From a virus (lineage: Duplodnaviria > Caudoviricetes), in IMG/VR virus record IMGVR_UViG_3300007735_000761, positions 1 through 57,810 of that record: 57,810 nt of DNA; one strand, written 5' to 3'. The first letter of the stretch is position 1; every line of letters starts with the position of its first letter. The notes under the pieces were generated by a model, which ran no database searches, was not told where the DNA came from, and worked only from the letters and a program-made list of their open reading frames with translations. This document shows, in pieces, positions 35,158 through 44,720 of this stretch. Made by a program: the position numbers and the translations under genes.

Positions 35158-36045
35158 TTAGGCGGCTTCGTCCACGGCTTCGGCTTGCGTTCCACACAAG
35201 TATTCGGCGGCTTCCCTAGCGAGTGAGGCGGCTTTGAAAATTGCTTTCCGATCACTCTTCAGCACTTGCAGCCAGTTGTTCAGATATTGAGCATGATCAA
35301 CTCGCGGCTCGTTCGATATACCTAAGTGAGCGCAGCAAAAAGCCGCGCCTAACTCCGCAACTAACTCCTCGAAAGCATAAGCATGCGTCCCGAAATTGTT
35401 TAGCAACTTCCTATCCTTGCGGCTTGCATGTCCCGTCCAATGCACTAACTCGTGAGCCATGGTCGAGTAATAGCACTCCGTCGCGCTGCTAGTCGCAGTC
35501 GCGCTAAACAAGTCTTTTTCCGGCAACTGAATTTTATCAAGTGCGGGAATGTAACAGGCTTTTCCGGCTCGCAAGTGTTCGATGCTCGCGCCAGTTGAAC
35601 GCGCCCATGCTTCAGCACGTTCGATTGTCTCGACTTCGTTAGGCTTGTCGGCTTCGATGCCCTTGCAACGATCAGCCAATGCTCCGTCAACTTGATCGGC
35701 ATTGAATACATTGAAGTATTTCAGCATGGCGAAACTCGACTTTTCGCCAGTTGACTTGTCCTCTTTTTCAATCTTTGAAAAGAAAACAACGATGCTCGAC
35801 TTTTCTCCCTTGCGGACTGAGCATCCGGCGGCTTGCCATTGTTTAAACGATGCCCATGCTGAAGATTGAAAGGGCGCGAAATTCAGCAGCACCGTGTTTA
35901 TCCCGCGATAATTCTTTCCCGTCGTCGCATTGTATGGGCGGAGATTATTCCGGCCCTTGTTAAATGGGTTCGTCCAGTTCGTTCCTGCCGTTTCCATTTG
36001 CGCGATAACTTTATCGGTAACAGTCTGATACAAGTCGAAAGACAT
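35158..36045 (-). CDS. ardC: ArdC-like antirestriction / ssDNA-binding zincin protein
   Basis: LYQTVTDKVI, YRGIN, VRKGEKS, VFNADQ, HELVHWTG, YAFEELVAE, HAQYL..W. Confidence 0.9.
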   Translation of the reverse strand: MSFDLYQTVTDKVIAQMETAGTNWTNPFNKGRNNLRPYNATTGKNYRGINTVLLNFAPFQSSAWASFKQWQAAGCSVRKGEKSSIVVFFSKIEKEDKSTGEKSSFAMLKYFNVFNADQVDGALADRCKGIEADKPNEVETIERAEAWARSTGASIEHLRAGKACYIPALDKIQLPEKDLFSATATSSATECYYSTMAHELVHWTGHASRKDRKLLNNFGTHAYAFEELVAELGAAFCCAHLGISNEPRVDHAQYLNNWLQVLKSDRKAIFKAASLAREAAEYLCGTQAEAVDEAA

Positions 36046-36150
36046 ATTGCTATCTCCGTGTTTAGTTATTCGACACGGCAAGTTTAGCGCAAGCCGCTAG
36101 CGTCAATATGTATTATTGTGGCGCGACCATTGTGCGGACATTGGAAAGTA

Positions 36151-36229
36151 GCGGCTTATAACTGGCGGCTTGCGGCTTGCGGATTGTTGGCGGCTTGCGA
36201 CTGGCGCGGCTTGCGGACGTTAGCGGCTT
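36151..36229 (+). repeat. GCGGCTT heptamer array (6 exact copies plus variants)
   Basis: Copies start at 36151, 36165, 36172, 36190, 36206 and 36223. Confidence 0.8.
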
Positions 36230-36415
36230 AGAATCAGTTTAAAATGCCAATGCATAACGCAAGTCGCTAGGTTCCATCAGGGAAGTTGCGCGGGATAGCG
36301 TAATCGGAGCATGGGCGGGCGGGCGGGCGCGCAATTCGACGGCGGGGTCATAGGGTCCCATCTGCGTATATCACCTCCTCCCCGCACCGCACCCCTAGGG
36401 ACCCCTACCCGCTTG

Positions 36416-36424
36416 TGCTACTAT
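36416..36424 (+). promoter_or_regulatory. Extended -10 promoter TGcTACTAT at the start of the late region (leaderless)
   Basis: ATG at 36431 lies 7 nt after the -10; no SD. Confidence 0.5.
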
Positions 36425-36430
36425 GCGCAA

Positions 36431-36985
36431 ATGCTACACACAGGCGCGGGGCCCCTCCCCCGGCACACTTACTGCTACGTTGAGCCCCACACCTTCGGCA
36501 ACGCGGATTGGCTACGTGTCGCGTGGTTTGGACTAGTCAGCCACCCCGGCAGGACTTGGGGATGCCATCTGATGCTCGAATGCGGAGCCGTCTACCGCAA
36601 TGTCCCGCTGCACCGATTGGCCTCTATGCCCACACAAACACGCTGGGACCCCGCCGACGCACAGACATGGGATTGCTACGGCATTCACTTCAGCACGACG
36701 GAGTATCCGTTTCTCGAAGGGACCCGTATACGCACCCGGCTACGCTCCCGCCAAGAACACTTGGGCACTTACATGTTTACCGTGATCCCGATGCTGGATG
36801 GATTCAGCATGGAGCCGGAGCAGAGCAAGGAGTTTTACTTCATCAAACTGGACAACGGGCGCTTTACAGCGCAACCTACGAACCATTTGCTGGTGCAGGA
36901 CAAGTCTTTCATCACCGGCAGCGAATGGCCTAAATTAAAGCGTCAAACTGAAATTTGGAGTGTTGACCATGGCAACGAAGTCTAA
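36431..36985 (+). CDS. Conserved uncharacterised phage protein
   Basis: GAVYRNVPLH..WDCYG..LDNGRF.AQP.N motifs. Confidence 0.7.
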   Translation: MLHTGAGPLPRHTYCYVEPHTFGNADWLRVAWFGLVSHPGRTWGCHLMLECGAVYRNVPLHRLASMPTQTRWDPADAQTWDCYGIHFSTTEYPFLEGTRIRTRLRSRQEHLGTYMFTVIPMLDGFSMEPEQSKEFYFIKLDNGRFTAQPTNHLLVQDKSFITGSEWPKLKRQTEIWSVDHGNEV

Positions 36986-37151
36986 GGTGAATGCAGCGGG
37001 CAATTACACGAAGCCCGAGATGCGTAAGAAGCTGTTTAATCAGATCAAAGCGTCTGCTACCCAAGGCACCGCAGCAGGGCAATGGAGCGCGCGCAAAGCA
37101 CAGTTACTTGCCAAACGCTACAAAGAAAAGGGCGGCTCTTATCGTGACTAA
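36969..37151 (+). CDS. Small basic protein (N-terminal half of a DUF5872-like protein)
   Basis: YTKP.MRK..GQWSARKAQLLAK.YK.KGG.Y. Confidence 0.75.
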   Translation: MATKSKVNAAGNYTKPEMRKKLFNQIKASATQGTAAGQWSARKAQLLAKRYKEKGGSYRD

Positions 37152-37572
37152 GGTTTGCCTGCTTTGTCAGCAAGAGAAGATTGAATCGGCGTTTTATAAA
37201 TTTTATGACCGCTGGACCGGCAATCATTACCTAAGCGCAAGATGCAAGCCGTGTCATCAGCAATACAAAAAAAACAATCCTCAGGCCAAGCGTAACAGGA
37301 AGTCTGAGAAATTAAGGCTTAGGTATGGAATTACGTTTGAGCAATGGGAGTCTATGCGGGAGGCGGAGAACTACTCTTGCATGATTTGCGGAATTACCGA
37401 AGAAGAGATTGGCCGATCATTAGATGTTGATCACTGCCACAATTCTGGGAAAGTAAGAGGGTTGTTGTGCAATCCCTGCAATACTGTTTTGGGGCACGCT
37501 AGAGATCGAATTGATTTGTTAGAAGCAGCAGCAAATTATTTAAAGGCAAACAAAGACGGATACAAGCCATGA
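37144..37572 (+). CDS. Endonuclease VII-type free-standing homing endonuclease
   Basis: CxxC, YGIT, CMIC, LDVDHCH..GKVRGLLCNPCN; AT-richer than its neighbours. Confidence 0.9.
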   Translation: MTKVCLLCQQEKIESAFYKFYDRWTGNHYLSARCKPCHQQYKKNNPQAKRNRKSEKLRLRYGITFEQWESMREAENYSCMICGITEEEIGRSLDVDHCHNSGKVRGLLCNPCNTVLGHARDRIDLLEAAANYLKANKDGYKP

Positions 37573-37802
37573 AAGCACCACAGAAATCATTGAAGGACTG
37601 GACCGCGCAAGAGTGGCGCACGAAGTCGGGCAAGCGATCTTCAGATACCGGCGAGCGGTATTTGCCCAAGGCTGCGATTGAGTCGTTATCTCCGCAGGAA
37701 TACGCGGCAACGACTAGAGCCAAGCGCGAGGGCAAGGCCAAGGGCAAGCAGTTTGTCGCTCAGCCGAAGTCGATTGCCAAGAAGACTGCGCGCTACCGCT
37801 AG
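37569..37802 (+). CDS. Small basic protein (C-terminal half of a DUF5872-like protein)
   Basis: QKSLKDW..EWRTKSGK..GERYLPK.AI..LS. Confidence 0.75.
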   Translation: MKAPQKSLKDWTAQEWRTKSGKRSSDTGERYLPKAAIESLSPQEYAATTRAKREGKAKGKQFVAQPKSIAKKTARYR

Positions 37803-37805
37803 CCC

Positions 37806-39287
37806 ATGAGCCAACCGGCCAAACAACCGGCCATTACTCAATCGGAGCTGATCAAGAAACTCAACGAATTAAGCGTTGAGGACCTTGAGGCATTGCTGTC
37901 TCACACGAAGTGGGAGCAAACGCGGCACAAGCATCAAATCCCGCCGAAGGGCGATTGGACCGTATGGATGATGCTCGCGGGTCGTGGTGCGGGAAAAACC
38001 CGTGCGGCAGCGGAGTGGGTGTGGTGGGAGGCGTATCAGAACGCGGAAACGCGCTGGTTGGTCTCTGCTCCCACGGCAGCGGACATTCGCGATACGTGTT
38101 TTGAGGGCGAATCGGGATTAGTGAGCATTATTCCTGAGAAAGTGGTCAAAGAATACAACCGCTCGCTTTCGGAAATTATCTTGGTCAACGGCTCGCTCAT
38201 CAAAGGAATTAGCGCGGAGACCCCTGATCGGCTTCGTGGTGGTCAATGGCACGGCGCGTGGTGCGATGAGTTGGCTGCGTGGCAGTACGACCAAGAGGCG
38301 TGGGACATGATTATGTTCGCGCTGCGCTTGGGCAAGCACCCACGAATTGTAACTACAACAACCCCGAAGCCGAAGGCGCTGATTCGCGACCTGATTGAGC
38401 GCGATGGGGCGGATGTTCACGTCACGAGAGCCTCAACCTACGAAAATATTGCCAATCTAGCGCCGACTTTCCAGCAGCAGTTGCTGAAATTTGAGGGCAC
38501 GACGCTTGGAAGGCAGGAAATCCACGCGGAAGTGTTGAATCCGGAGGAGCAAGGCATCATCCGGCGCAACTGGATACAGATTTGGCCAGCGAAAAAGCCG
38601 TTGCCCCCGCTGGAACACATCGTGATGAGCTTGGATACGGCCTTCACGGAGCAGACAAGGGACAAGAAAACGTCGGATTCGGACCCTTCTGCGTGTGTGG
38701 TGCTCGGGATTTTCTACGAAAACGAGAAGCCGAACGTCATTTTGCTCGATTGTTGGGAAGACAAGCTTGGGCTTCCAGACTTAATTAAGCGCGTGCAGAA
38801 AGAAAGGGAAGTTTATTACGGCGACGATGAGCAAAAGCCGATGATCAAGCCGAAAGTGGGGCCTTCTCGCATGATTAACTCGGGAAGAAAGCCCGATACG
38901 CTCGTGATTGAGGACAAAGGCAGCGGAATTAGCCTCAGACAGATGCTGGCACGCGAAGGAATCATTGCGCATGCCTACAATCCGGGCAAAGCGAGCAAAT
39001 TGACCCGCTTGCACATGGTTTCACACCTATTTGCGAGCGGAATGGTGTGGTTTGTGGAGTCGGAGAAGCGAAAAGGGCAGGTTCGTAGCTGGGCGGAGCC
39101 CTTGCTGTACCAGCTTTGTTCGTTTTCGGGCGAAGGGACGATCCGGCACGATGACTTGATGGACGCTTGTACTCAAGGGTTACGTTTCCTTGCTGACCGG
39201 GATATGATAAGTGTGAGCAAGCCCAAGCCATTACAGCCTAGGTTGATCATTAACGAGCGTCCGAGGTCGAACCCCTATGGCATCTGA
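37806..39287 (+). CDS. terL: Terminase large subunit
   Basis: HQ, AGRGAGKT, LRG, WCDE, TTTP, nuclease LDTA..EDKGSG..HDDLMDA. Confidence 0.95.
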   Translation: MSQPAKQPAITQSELIKKLNELSVEDLEALLSHTKWEQTRHKHQIPPKGDWTVWMMLAGRGAGKTRAAAEWVWWEAYQNAETRWLVSAPTAADIRDTCFEGESGLVSIIPEKVVKEYNRSLSEIILVNGSLIKGISAETPDRLRGGQWHGAWCDELAAWQYDQEAWDMIMFALRLGKHPRIVTTTTPKPKALIRDLIERDGADVHVTRASTYENIANLAPTFQQQLLKFEGTTLGRQEIHAEVLNPEEQGIIRRNWIQIWPAKKPLPPLEHIVMSLDTAFTEQTRDKKTSDSDPSACVVLGIFYENEKPNVILLDCWEDKLGLPDLIKRVQKEREVYYGDDEQKPMIKPKVGPSRMINSGRKPDTLVIEDKGSGISLRQMLAREGIIAHAYNPGKASKLTRLHMVSHLFASGMVWFVESEKRKGQVRSWAEPLLYQLCSFSGEGTIRHDDLMDACTQGLRFLADRDMISVSKPKPLQPRLIINERPRSNPYGI

Positions 39288-41802
39288 GAACGAAAGCCCG
39301 ATGGAAGAGGCCCAAGAGGAATTGGGCGAGATTATGCTGGTTCCGGAAGAGATTTCGGACGTTGAGGACACCGAGGACGGTGGGGCGATTGTGCGTTTTG
39401 GCGAGGATGAGTCCGAGCCGGTGGGGGAGAGTCCGTTTTACGCGAACCTTGCGGAGTCGATGCCGGAAGCGGACATGGACGCGGTGGCGCAGGACTTCTT
39501 GGGGTTGATTGCCAAGGACAAGGAAGCGCGCAAGAAGCGTGATGAGCAGTATGAAGAGGGCATCCGGAGAACCGGACTTGGAGATGATGCACCGGGCGGC
39601 GCTCAGTTTCAGGGCGCAAGTCGGGTTGTGCACCCCATGCTCACTGAAGTCTGCGTGGACTTCTCTGCCCGAGCTATTAAGGAAATTTTCCCCGCCGAGG
39701 GACCCGTCAAGGATCACATCATTGGCGACGAAACTGCCGAAAAGGTAGCCAAGGCGCGCAGAAAGACGGCGTATTTGAATTGGCAGTTGACCCAGCAGAT
39801 GCCGGAGTTCCGGGCGGAGCTGGAGCAGCTTTTGACGCAAGTGCCGCTGGGTGGCGCGCAGTATCTCAAGCTCACGTATGACCCGAATAAGAAGCGCCCG
39901 GTTCCGCTTTTTATCGGCATTGATGACATTTACCTGCCCTATGCGGCAACGAACTTTTACTCGGCGGAGCGCAAGACGCACGTTCAGTACGTGACGGAGA
40001 TTGAGTATCTCCAGCGTGTGCGCTCGGGGATGTATCGGGATGTGGATCTTGCGCCGACGACGGCGGACCCCGACATCAGCAAATCCGAGAAGGCCAACAA
40101 CAAGATTGAGGGCCGGGACGACAGCGCGTATGACACCGATGGGCTGCGGACGATCTTTGAGATTTACGCGATTGCGGATCTGGAAGAAGAGTACGGATTA
40201 GCGCCGTACATCATCTCGGTAGACAAGACGAGCGGCAAGGTGCTCAGCATCTACCGCAACTGGCAAGAAGAAGACGAGACGCTGGATGAGATGCAGTGGA
40301 TCGTCGAGTTCCCGTTTGTGCCGTGGCGTGGTGCGTATCCGATTGGCATCCCGCAGATGATTGGCGGTATTTCGGCAGCGGCGACGGGTGCGCTTCGGGC
40401 GCTTCTGGATAGCGCGCACATTGCGAACTTCCCCGGAATGCTCAAGCTCAAGGGCGGTCGCGAAGGCGGTCAGTCCGAGCGCATTGATCCGACCGAGGTG
40501 AAGGAGATTGAGGGCGGTGCGTTCAGCGATGACATTCGCAAGATCGCGATGCCGTTGCCGTTCAATCAGCCTTCGGAAGTATTGTTCCGTTTGCTCGGGT
40601 TCTTGGTGGACGCGGGCAAGGGCGTCATTCGCACGACCCTAGAGGACATGGCGGACAATCAGGCGAACATGCCGGTTGGCACGCAACTTGCGCGCATTGA
40701 GCAGGGCATGGTGGTGTTTAACGCCATTCATGCGCGTCTGCACGATGCGATGGGCCGGACGCTCAAAGTGCTGCATCGGATCAATTCGATGTACCTTGAG
40801 AACGAAGAGGTCAAGGACGAGACGGGGCAGCTCCTTGTTCGTCGCTCGGACTTCTTGGGCCCGATGGATGTGGTGCCGGTCTCGGACCCCAACATTTTCT
40901 CTGAGACGCAGCGTTACGCGCAGGTTCAGGCGCTTAGCCAGCGAGCGGTGGCGCTTCCGCAGATTTACAACTTGCGCAAGGTCGAAGAGCGGATTCTTGA
41001 GCAGCTACGCATTCCGAATGCCAAGGAGCTTCTGATCCCGGCTTTTGAGCCGAAGGAGATGAACGCGGTCAATGAGAACGTAGCGGCGTCTTTGGGTAGG
41101 CCCATTTCGGCGTTCCCCGAGCAGGATCACCTTGCGCACTTGCAGGTGCATTTGGATTATTTGACCTCTCCCATTTTGGGCAGTTCGATGTTGATGGCCC
41201 CGCAGTTTGTGCCAATGATTATGAATCACATTAAAGAGCACATTGCGCTTTGGTATGCCACGCATGTCTTTAACGTGGCCTCCGAGGCAGCGGGGCGAGA
41301 CATCAGCGACTTCCAGAAGGTCAAGAGCAAAGAGGTCAAGCAAGAGTTTGACAAGCTTTTGGCTGCGACGAGTCAGCGCGTAGTGCCGGATGCTGCAAGG
41401 GCGTTTGGTGCGGTGCCGCAGATTGTGCAGCAGGCGATGGGAATGTTGCAGCAGATGCAGCAGGGCAATATGCCGCAAGACCCGCGTATGGCAGCGTCTA
41501 TGGCGGAAACCCAGCGTAAAGCGGCTGCGGATCAGGCCAACATTCAGGTCAAGCAGGCTGAGTTGCAGTTGGCGCAGGCGAAGCTTCAGCGTGAAGTGCA
41601 GGAAGCGGAGCAGCGCAGATCTGACAACATGCAGCGCGAAGTGTTCAAGCAGGATCGTCTTGATAAGCGTCAAGGCGCGGAGCTTGATGTCAAGCTGGTC
41701 ACGAACCGTGAGGATAATGACACCGCGAAGCAAATTGCCGCGATGGAAGCGATCACGGGTGAGAATGTTAGTGTTTCAACAGGTACAGGAATCAATCCGT
41801 AA
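39277..41802 (+). CDS. Portal protein
   Basis: 841 aa directly after TerL; VHPMLTE, LLDSAH.AN, PVSDPNIFS, AFPEQDH.AH. Confidence 0.9.
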   Translation: MASENESPMEEAQEELGEIMLVPEEISDVEDTEDGGAIVRFGEDESEPVGESPFYANLAESMPEADMDAVAQDFLGLIAKDKEARKKRDEQYEEGIRRTGLGDDAPGGAQFQGASRVVHPMLTEVCVDFSARAIKEIFPAEGPVKDHIIGDETAEKVAKARRKTAYLNWQLTQQMPEFRAELEQLLTQVPLGGAQYLKLTYDPNKKRPVPLFIGIDDIYLPYAATNFYSAERKTHVQYVTEIEYLQRVRSGMYRDVDLAPTTADPDISKSEKANNKIEGRDDSAYDTDGLRTIFEIYAIADLEEEYGLAPYIISVDKTSGKVLSIYRNWQEEDETLDEMQWIVEFPFVPWRGAYPIGIPQMIGGISAAATGALRALLDSAHIANFPGMLKLKGGREGGQSERIDPTEVKEIEGGAFSDDIRKIAMPLPFNQPSEVLFRLLGFLVDAGKGVIRTTLEDMADNQANMPVGTQLARIEQGMVVFNAIHARLHDAMGRTLKVLHRINSMYLENEEVKDETGQLLVRRSDFLGPMDVVPVSDPNIFSETQRYAQVQALSQRAVALPQIYNLRKVEERILEQLRIPNAKELLIPAFEPKEMNAVNENVAASLGRPISAFPEQDHLAHLQVHLDYLTSPILGSSMLMAPQFVPMIMNHIKEHIALWYATHVFNVASEAAGRDISDFQKVKSKEVKQEFDKLLAATSQRVVPDAARAFGAVPQIVQQAMGMLQQMQQGNMPQDPRMAASMAETQRKAAADQANIQVKQAELQLAQAKLQREVQEAEQRRSDNMQREVFKQDRLDKRQGAELDVKLVTNREDNDTAKQIAAMEAITGENVSVSTGTGINP

Positions 41803-41811
41803 GGAGGATTT

Positions 41812-41985
41812 ATGGCAGACGATTACATGAAGCAGCATCACATGCTGGCTATGGGAATGAAGGTCGATGGCCAGAAGATGGTCAACGGCGGTCCGAAGAA
41901 GGGAATGATTGAAGAGACGAAGGGTACCAAGGGCGACCCGAAAGCAACGCCCGCCATCATTAGCAAAGGTAAACAAAACGCATGA
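41812..41985 (+). CDS. Small protein (57 aa, not in the ORF track)
   Basis: AGGAGG SD; MADDYMKQHH..; coupled to 41982. Confidence 0.6.
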   Translation: MADDYMKQHHMLAMGMKVDGQKMVNGGPKKGMIEETKGTKGDPKATPAIISKGKQNA

Positions 41986-42176
41986 TTGAGCGACTTATTG
42001 ACGAATTGGAGTTGGCCAAGGCTCGCGTTGCACACGATGCGATGAAGCGGCAACTGGAAGGTAAGGACGCTAGATTTGAATATGGCAAGGCAGTGGGCAC
42101 TTACGCCGGGTTGCAGGCCGCGATTAACTACATCAATGGTCTTCTCGCAGATCAGGAAGAAGACGAGGACTTTTAA
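41982..42176 (+). CDS. Small head-assembly region protein
   Basis: Y...VG.Y.GL motif commonly found upstream of phage GroES. Confidence 0.65.
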   Translation: MIERLIDELELAKARVAHDAMKRQLEGKDARFEYGKAVGTYAGLQAAINYINGLLADQEEDEDF

Positions 42177-42178
42177 CA

Positions 42179-42577
42179 ATGTCAGCAGTGAATGAGGCTT
42201 TTCCTAGTGTAGAGCCGGGTTTGGTTCCTTTTGGTTCGCGTGTTTTGGTGCAGATCCGCAGTGCGAAGAAAACTTCGTCAGGCGGAATTATTCTGCACAG
42301 CGAAACGCGGGAGACTGAGATCTGGAATACCCAGATTGCGAAAGTTGTGAAGCTCGGGCCGTTGGCCTTCAAGAATCGCAACACGATGGAATCTTGGCCG
42401 GAAGGTAATTGGTGCAAAGAGGGCGAGTTCGTCCGGGTGCCCAAGTACGGCGGTGATCGTTGGAAGGTGCCGTTTGGCAAGGACGGGGAGGATGAGGCCC
42501 TGTTTGTAATCTTCAACGATTTGGACATCGTGGGTGGTGTAGTGGGTGATCCGCTTGCCATCAAGGCGTTTATCTGA
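42179..42577 (+). CDS. groES: GroES-like co-chaperonin
   Basis: PFGSRVLVQ..SSGGIIL..VVKLGP..WCKEG..KYGG..ND.DI. Confidence 0.85.
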   Translation: MSAVNEAFPSVEPGLVPFGSRVLVQIRSAKKTSSGGIILHSETRETEIWNTQIAKVVKLGPLAFKNRNTMESWPEGNWCKEGEFVRVPKYGGDRWKVPFGKDGEDEALFVIFNDLDIVGGVVGDPLAIKAFI

Positions 42578-42587
42578 GGGTTGAATC

Positions 42588-43562
42588 ATGGCTAAAGATC
42601 AATTGACCGAGAGCGACGACACTCCTGAAAAGGAAGAATATGTTGTTGTGGAAACACCTCCCGAAGAGGCTGAGGCTCAAGCTGAAGAAGCTCCAGAGCA
42701 AGAAGCCGAAGCGGATGACGAGGATGAGCGTTTGGCAGATGCGGACGAGGCTGAGGATGATCAGCCCCAAGGACGCAGAGCCCTCACGCCAGAGGAAAAG
42801 CGCGCACAACGTCAGCAGCGTAAATTCCGCCGCAAGGCAGCGATTGAGCACAAGGAGCGCGAACTCGCGTATTTGCGTGCGGAGAACGAGGAATTTAAGC
42901 GGCGGCTTTCAAACGTAGAAAAGCAGACCACGCAGTTTAATTTGTCTGCGGTGGATCAAAAGCTCAACGAGGCGCTCAACGAAGCCCAGATGGCTGAGCG
43001 GATCATGGCCAAGGCCATTGAGCAGGGGCAGGGTGAGGATGTTACCAAGGCGCTCCAGATTCGCGACTCGGCCATGGAGCGAGCGCGTCAGCTCAAGGCT
43101 GCGAAGGAGCAGGCAGAGCGCCCGCAACCGCAGAAGACCCAGAAAGACCCGCGCATAGCCGCGTACGCCAAGGAGTGGATTGACGCCAACAACTGGTACG
43201 ACCCGTCCGGCAAGGACGAGGATTCGGCCATTGTGAAGGTCATCGACCAGCGACTGGCGGCGGAGGGGTATAACCCTGCGAGCGAGGATTACTGGATTGA
43301 GCTCGACAACCGGGTGGCCCGCAGGCTCCCCCACCGATACGGAGAGGAAGCTGTGGAAAAGCCAAAAACTGCCTCAAAACGCGGTGGTCCGCCGGTAGGG
43401 GGCAAGCGTGAATATGCGCCGCCGTCTACCCGAAAAGAGATTTATATCAGCCCTGAGCGCAAGCAGGCGCTCGTGGACGCAGGCGTCTGGGACAACCCGG
43501 AGTTGCGTCAACGCTACATTAAGCGTTATGCTGACTATGATCGTAACAATTCTTCTCGCTAA
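42588..43562 (+). CDS. Capsid scaffolding protein
   Basis: Acidic N-terminus, long coiled coil, W...N.WY motif, position before the capsid genes. Confidence 0.7.
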   Translation: MAKDQLTESDDTPEKEEYVVVETPPEEAEAQAEEAPEQEAEADDEDERLADADEAEDDQPQGRRALTPEEKRAQRQQRKFRRKAAIEHKERELAYLRAENEEFKRRLSNVEKQTTQFNLSAVDQKLNEALNEAQMAERIMAKAIEQGQGEDVTKALQIRDSAMERARQLKAAKEQAERPQPQKTQKDPRIAAYAKEWIDANNWYDPSGKDEDSAIVKVIDQRLAAEGYNPASEDYWIELDNRVARRLPHRYGEEAVEKPKTASKRGGPPVGGKREYAPPSTRKEIYISPERKQALVDAGVWDNPELRQRYIKRYADYDRNNSSR

Positions 43563-43577
43563 ACAAGGGAGCGAGTT

Positions 43578-44114
43578 ATGAGCGATGAAAGACTGAAGAA
43601 AGTTCTTGGCGAAGGTCGTGAGAGCCGCAGCGCGTATGATCGCGCAGCCACTGAGAGCCGCGAGCTGTCAGACGACGACCGGGTTGAGATGTTTCGTCAG
43701 CAGTTTATTCAGGCCGCGTTGCCTGATCTGCCGAAGATTCCGGGTTACCACACTTGCTGGTTGACCACGACGAACCCTAGAGATTCGATTCAGGCGCGAA
43801 TTCGGCTTGGATATGAGCCGATTAAGCCCGAAGAGGTTCCCGGTTGGGAATACGCTTCGATTAAAACTGGCGAATGGATGGGGTTCATTGGGGTTAACGA
43901 GATGCTTGCGTTCAAGCTTCCGATGGCGCTGTACAAGAGGTACATGCAGGCGGTGCACTACGATGCCCCCAATCAGGAAGAAGAACGGCTGCTTGGTGCG
44001 ACTGAGAGCATGCGTGAGCAGGCCGAGCGCGCTGGGTCAAGGTTGGTCGAAGGTGACGGCATGTCGGCAATTCGGGAATCTGCCAAGGTACGCGCACCTA
44101 ACGAATGGGCGTAA
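43578..44114 (+). CDS. Head-associated protein
   Basis: IPGYH.CW..R...GYEP motif; synteny. Confidence 0.6.
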   Translation: MSDERLKKVLGEGRESRSAYDRAATESRELSDDDRVEMFRQQFIQAALPDLPKIPGYHTCWLTTTNPRDSIQARIRLGYEPIKPEEVPGWEYASIKTGEWMGFIGVNEMLAFKLPMALYKRYMQAVHYDAPNQEEERLLGATESMREQAERAGSRLVEGDGMSAIRESAKVRAPNEWA

Positions 44115-44143
44115 CTTGGTAACTTTTTTCTGAGGGTAACCAA

Positions 44144-44707
44144 ATGTCTTCTACCAGCGCAGCTTTTGGCCTGCGTCCGGCTTTCCATCCAAGTGGGATC
44201 GTTCGACCCACCGCGATGACGATTGCCTCCGGATACGGTGCCAATATTCTTCAGTTCCAGCCCGTCCTTATTGCCGGCACCGGTGGTGTCATTGAGGCAG
44301 CGGGTGCCAGTGATCCTATCGTGGGTACGTTCATGGGTGTCGAATTCACCGACACTGATGGCCGTCGCCGCGTGAGCAACAAGTGGACGGCTTCTACGTC
44401 GGGCACTGACATCGTTGCCTACGTGACCACTGATCCGGCGATTGTGTACGAGATTCAATCGAACGCAACGCTGAGCATCTCGGACATCGGCTCCCAGATG
44501 GACTTTGGCAGCGTCACGGCAGGTAACACCACCGTCGGCCTCTCGCAGGCGATGTTGGACGTTGCTACCAAGACGACTTCCGGCAATGCTATTTGCCGCG
44601 TTGTAAACCTCGCCCCCGAAGTCAGCAATGCTTGGGGTGATGCTTACGTCATCGTTCAGGTCCAGATTAGCGAGCACCAGTTTGTCGCTAATAAGGCTGC
44701 ATTTTAA
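44144..44707 (+). CDS. Capsid decoration/cement protein
   Basis: AFGLRP..G.F.GVE..V..DP..VYEIQ; directly before the MCP. Confidence 0.7.
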   Translation: MSSTSAAFGLRPAFHPSGIVRPTAMTIASGYGANILQFQPVLIAGTGGVIEAAGASDPIVGTFMGVEFTDTDGRRRVSNKWTASTSGTDIVAYVTTDPAIVYEIQSNATLSISDIGSQMDFGSVTAGNTTVGLSQAMLDVATKTTSGNAICRVVNLAPEVSNAWGDAYVIVQVQISEHQFVANKAAF

Positions 44708-44720
44708 GGAGGACTAGAAC

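Noticed and set aside
36311-36430. N-terminal extension of the 36311 ORF
   Set aside because: Low-complexity translation; the extended -10 places the start at 36431
36991-37143. Long N-terminus of the first EndoVII ORF
   Set aside because: Overlaps the conserved 36969 gene; GTG at 37144 is the more plausible start
37144-37572. Group I intron around the endonuclease
   Set aside because: No non-coding flanks to form the core, and both neighbours have their own start and stop
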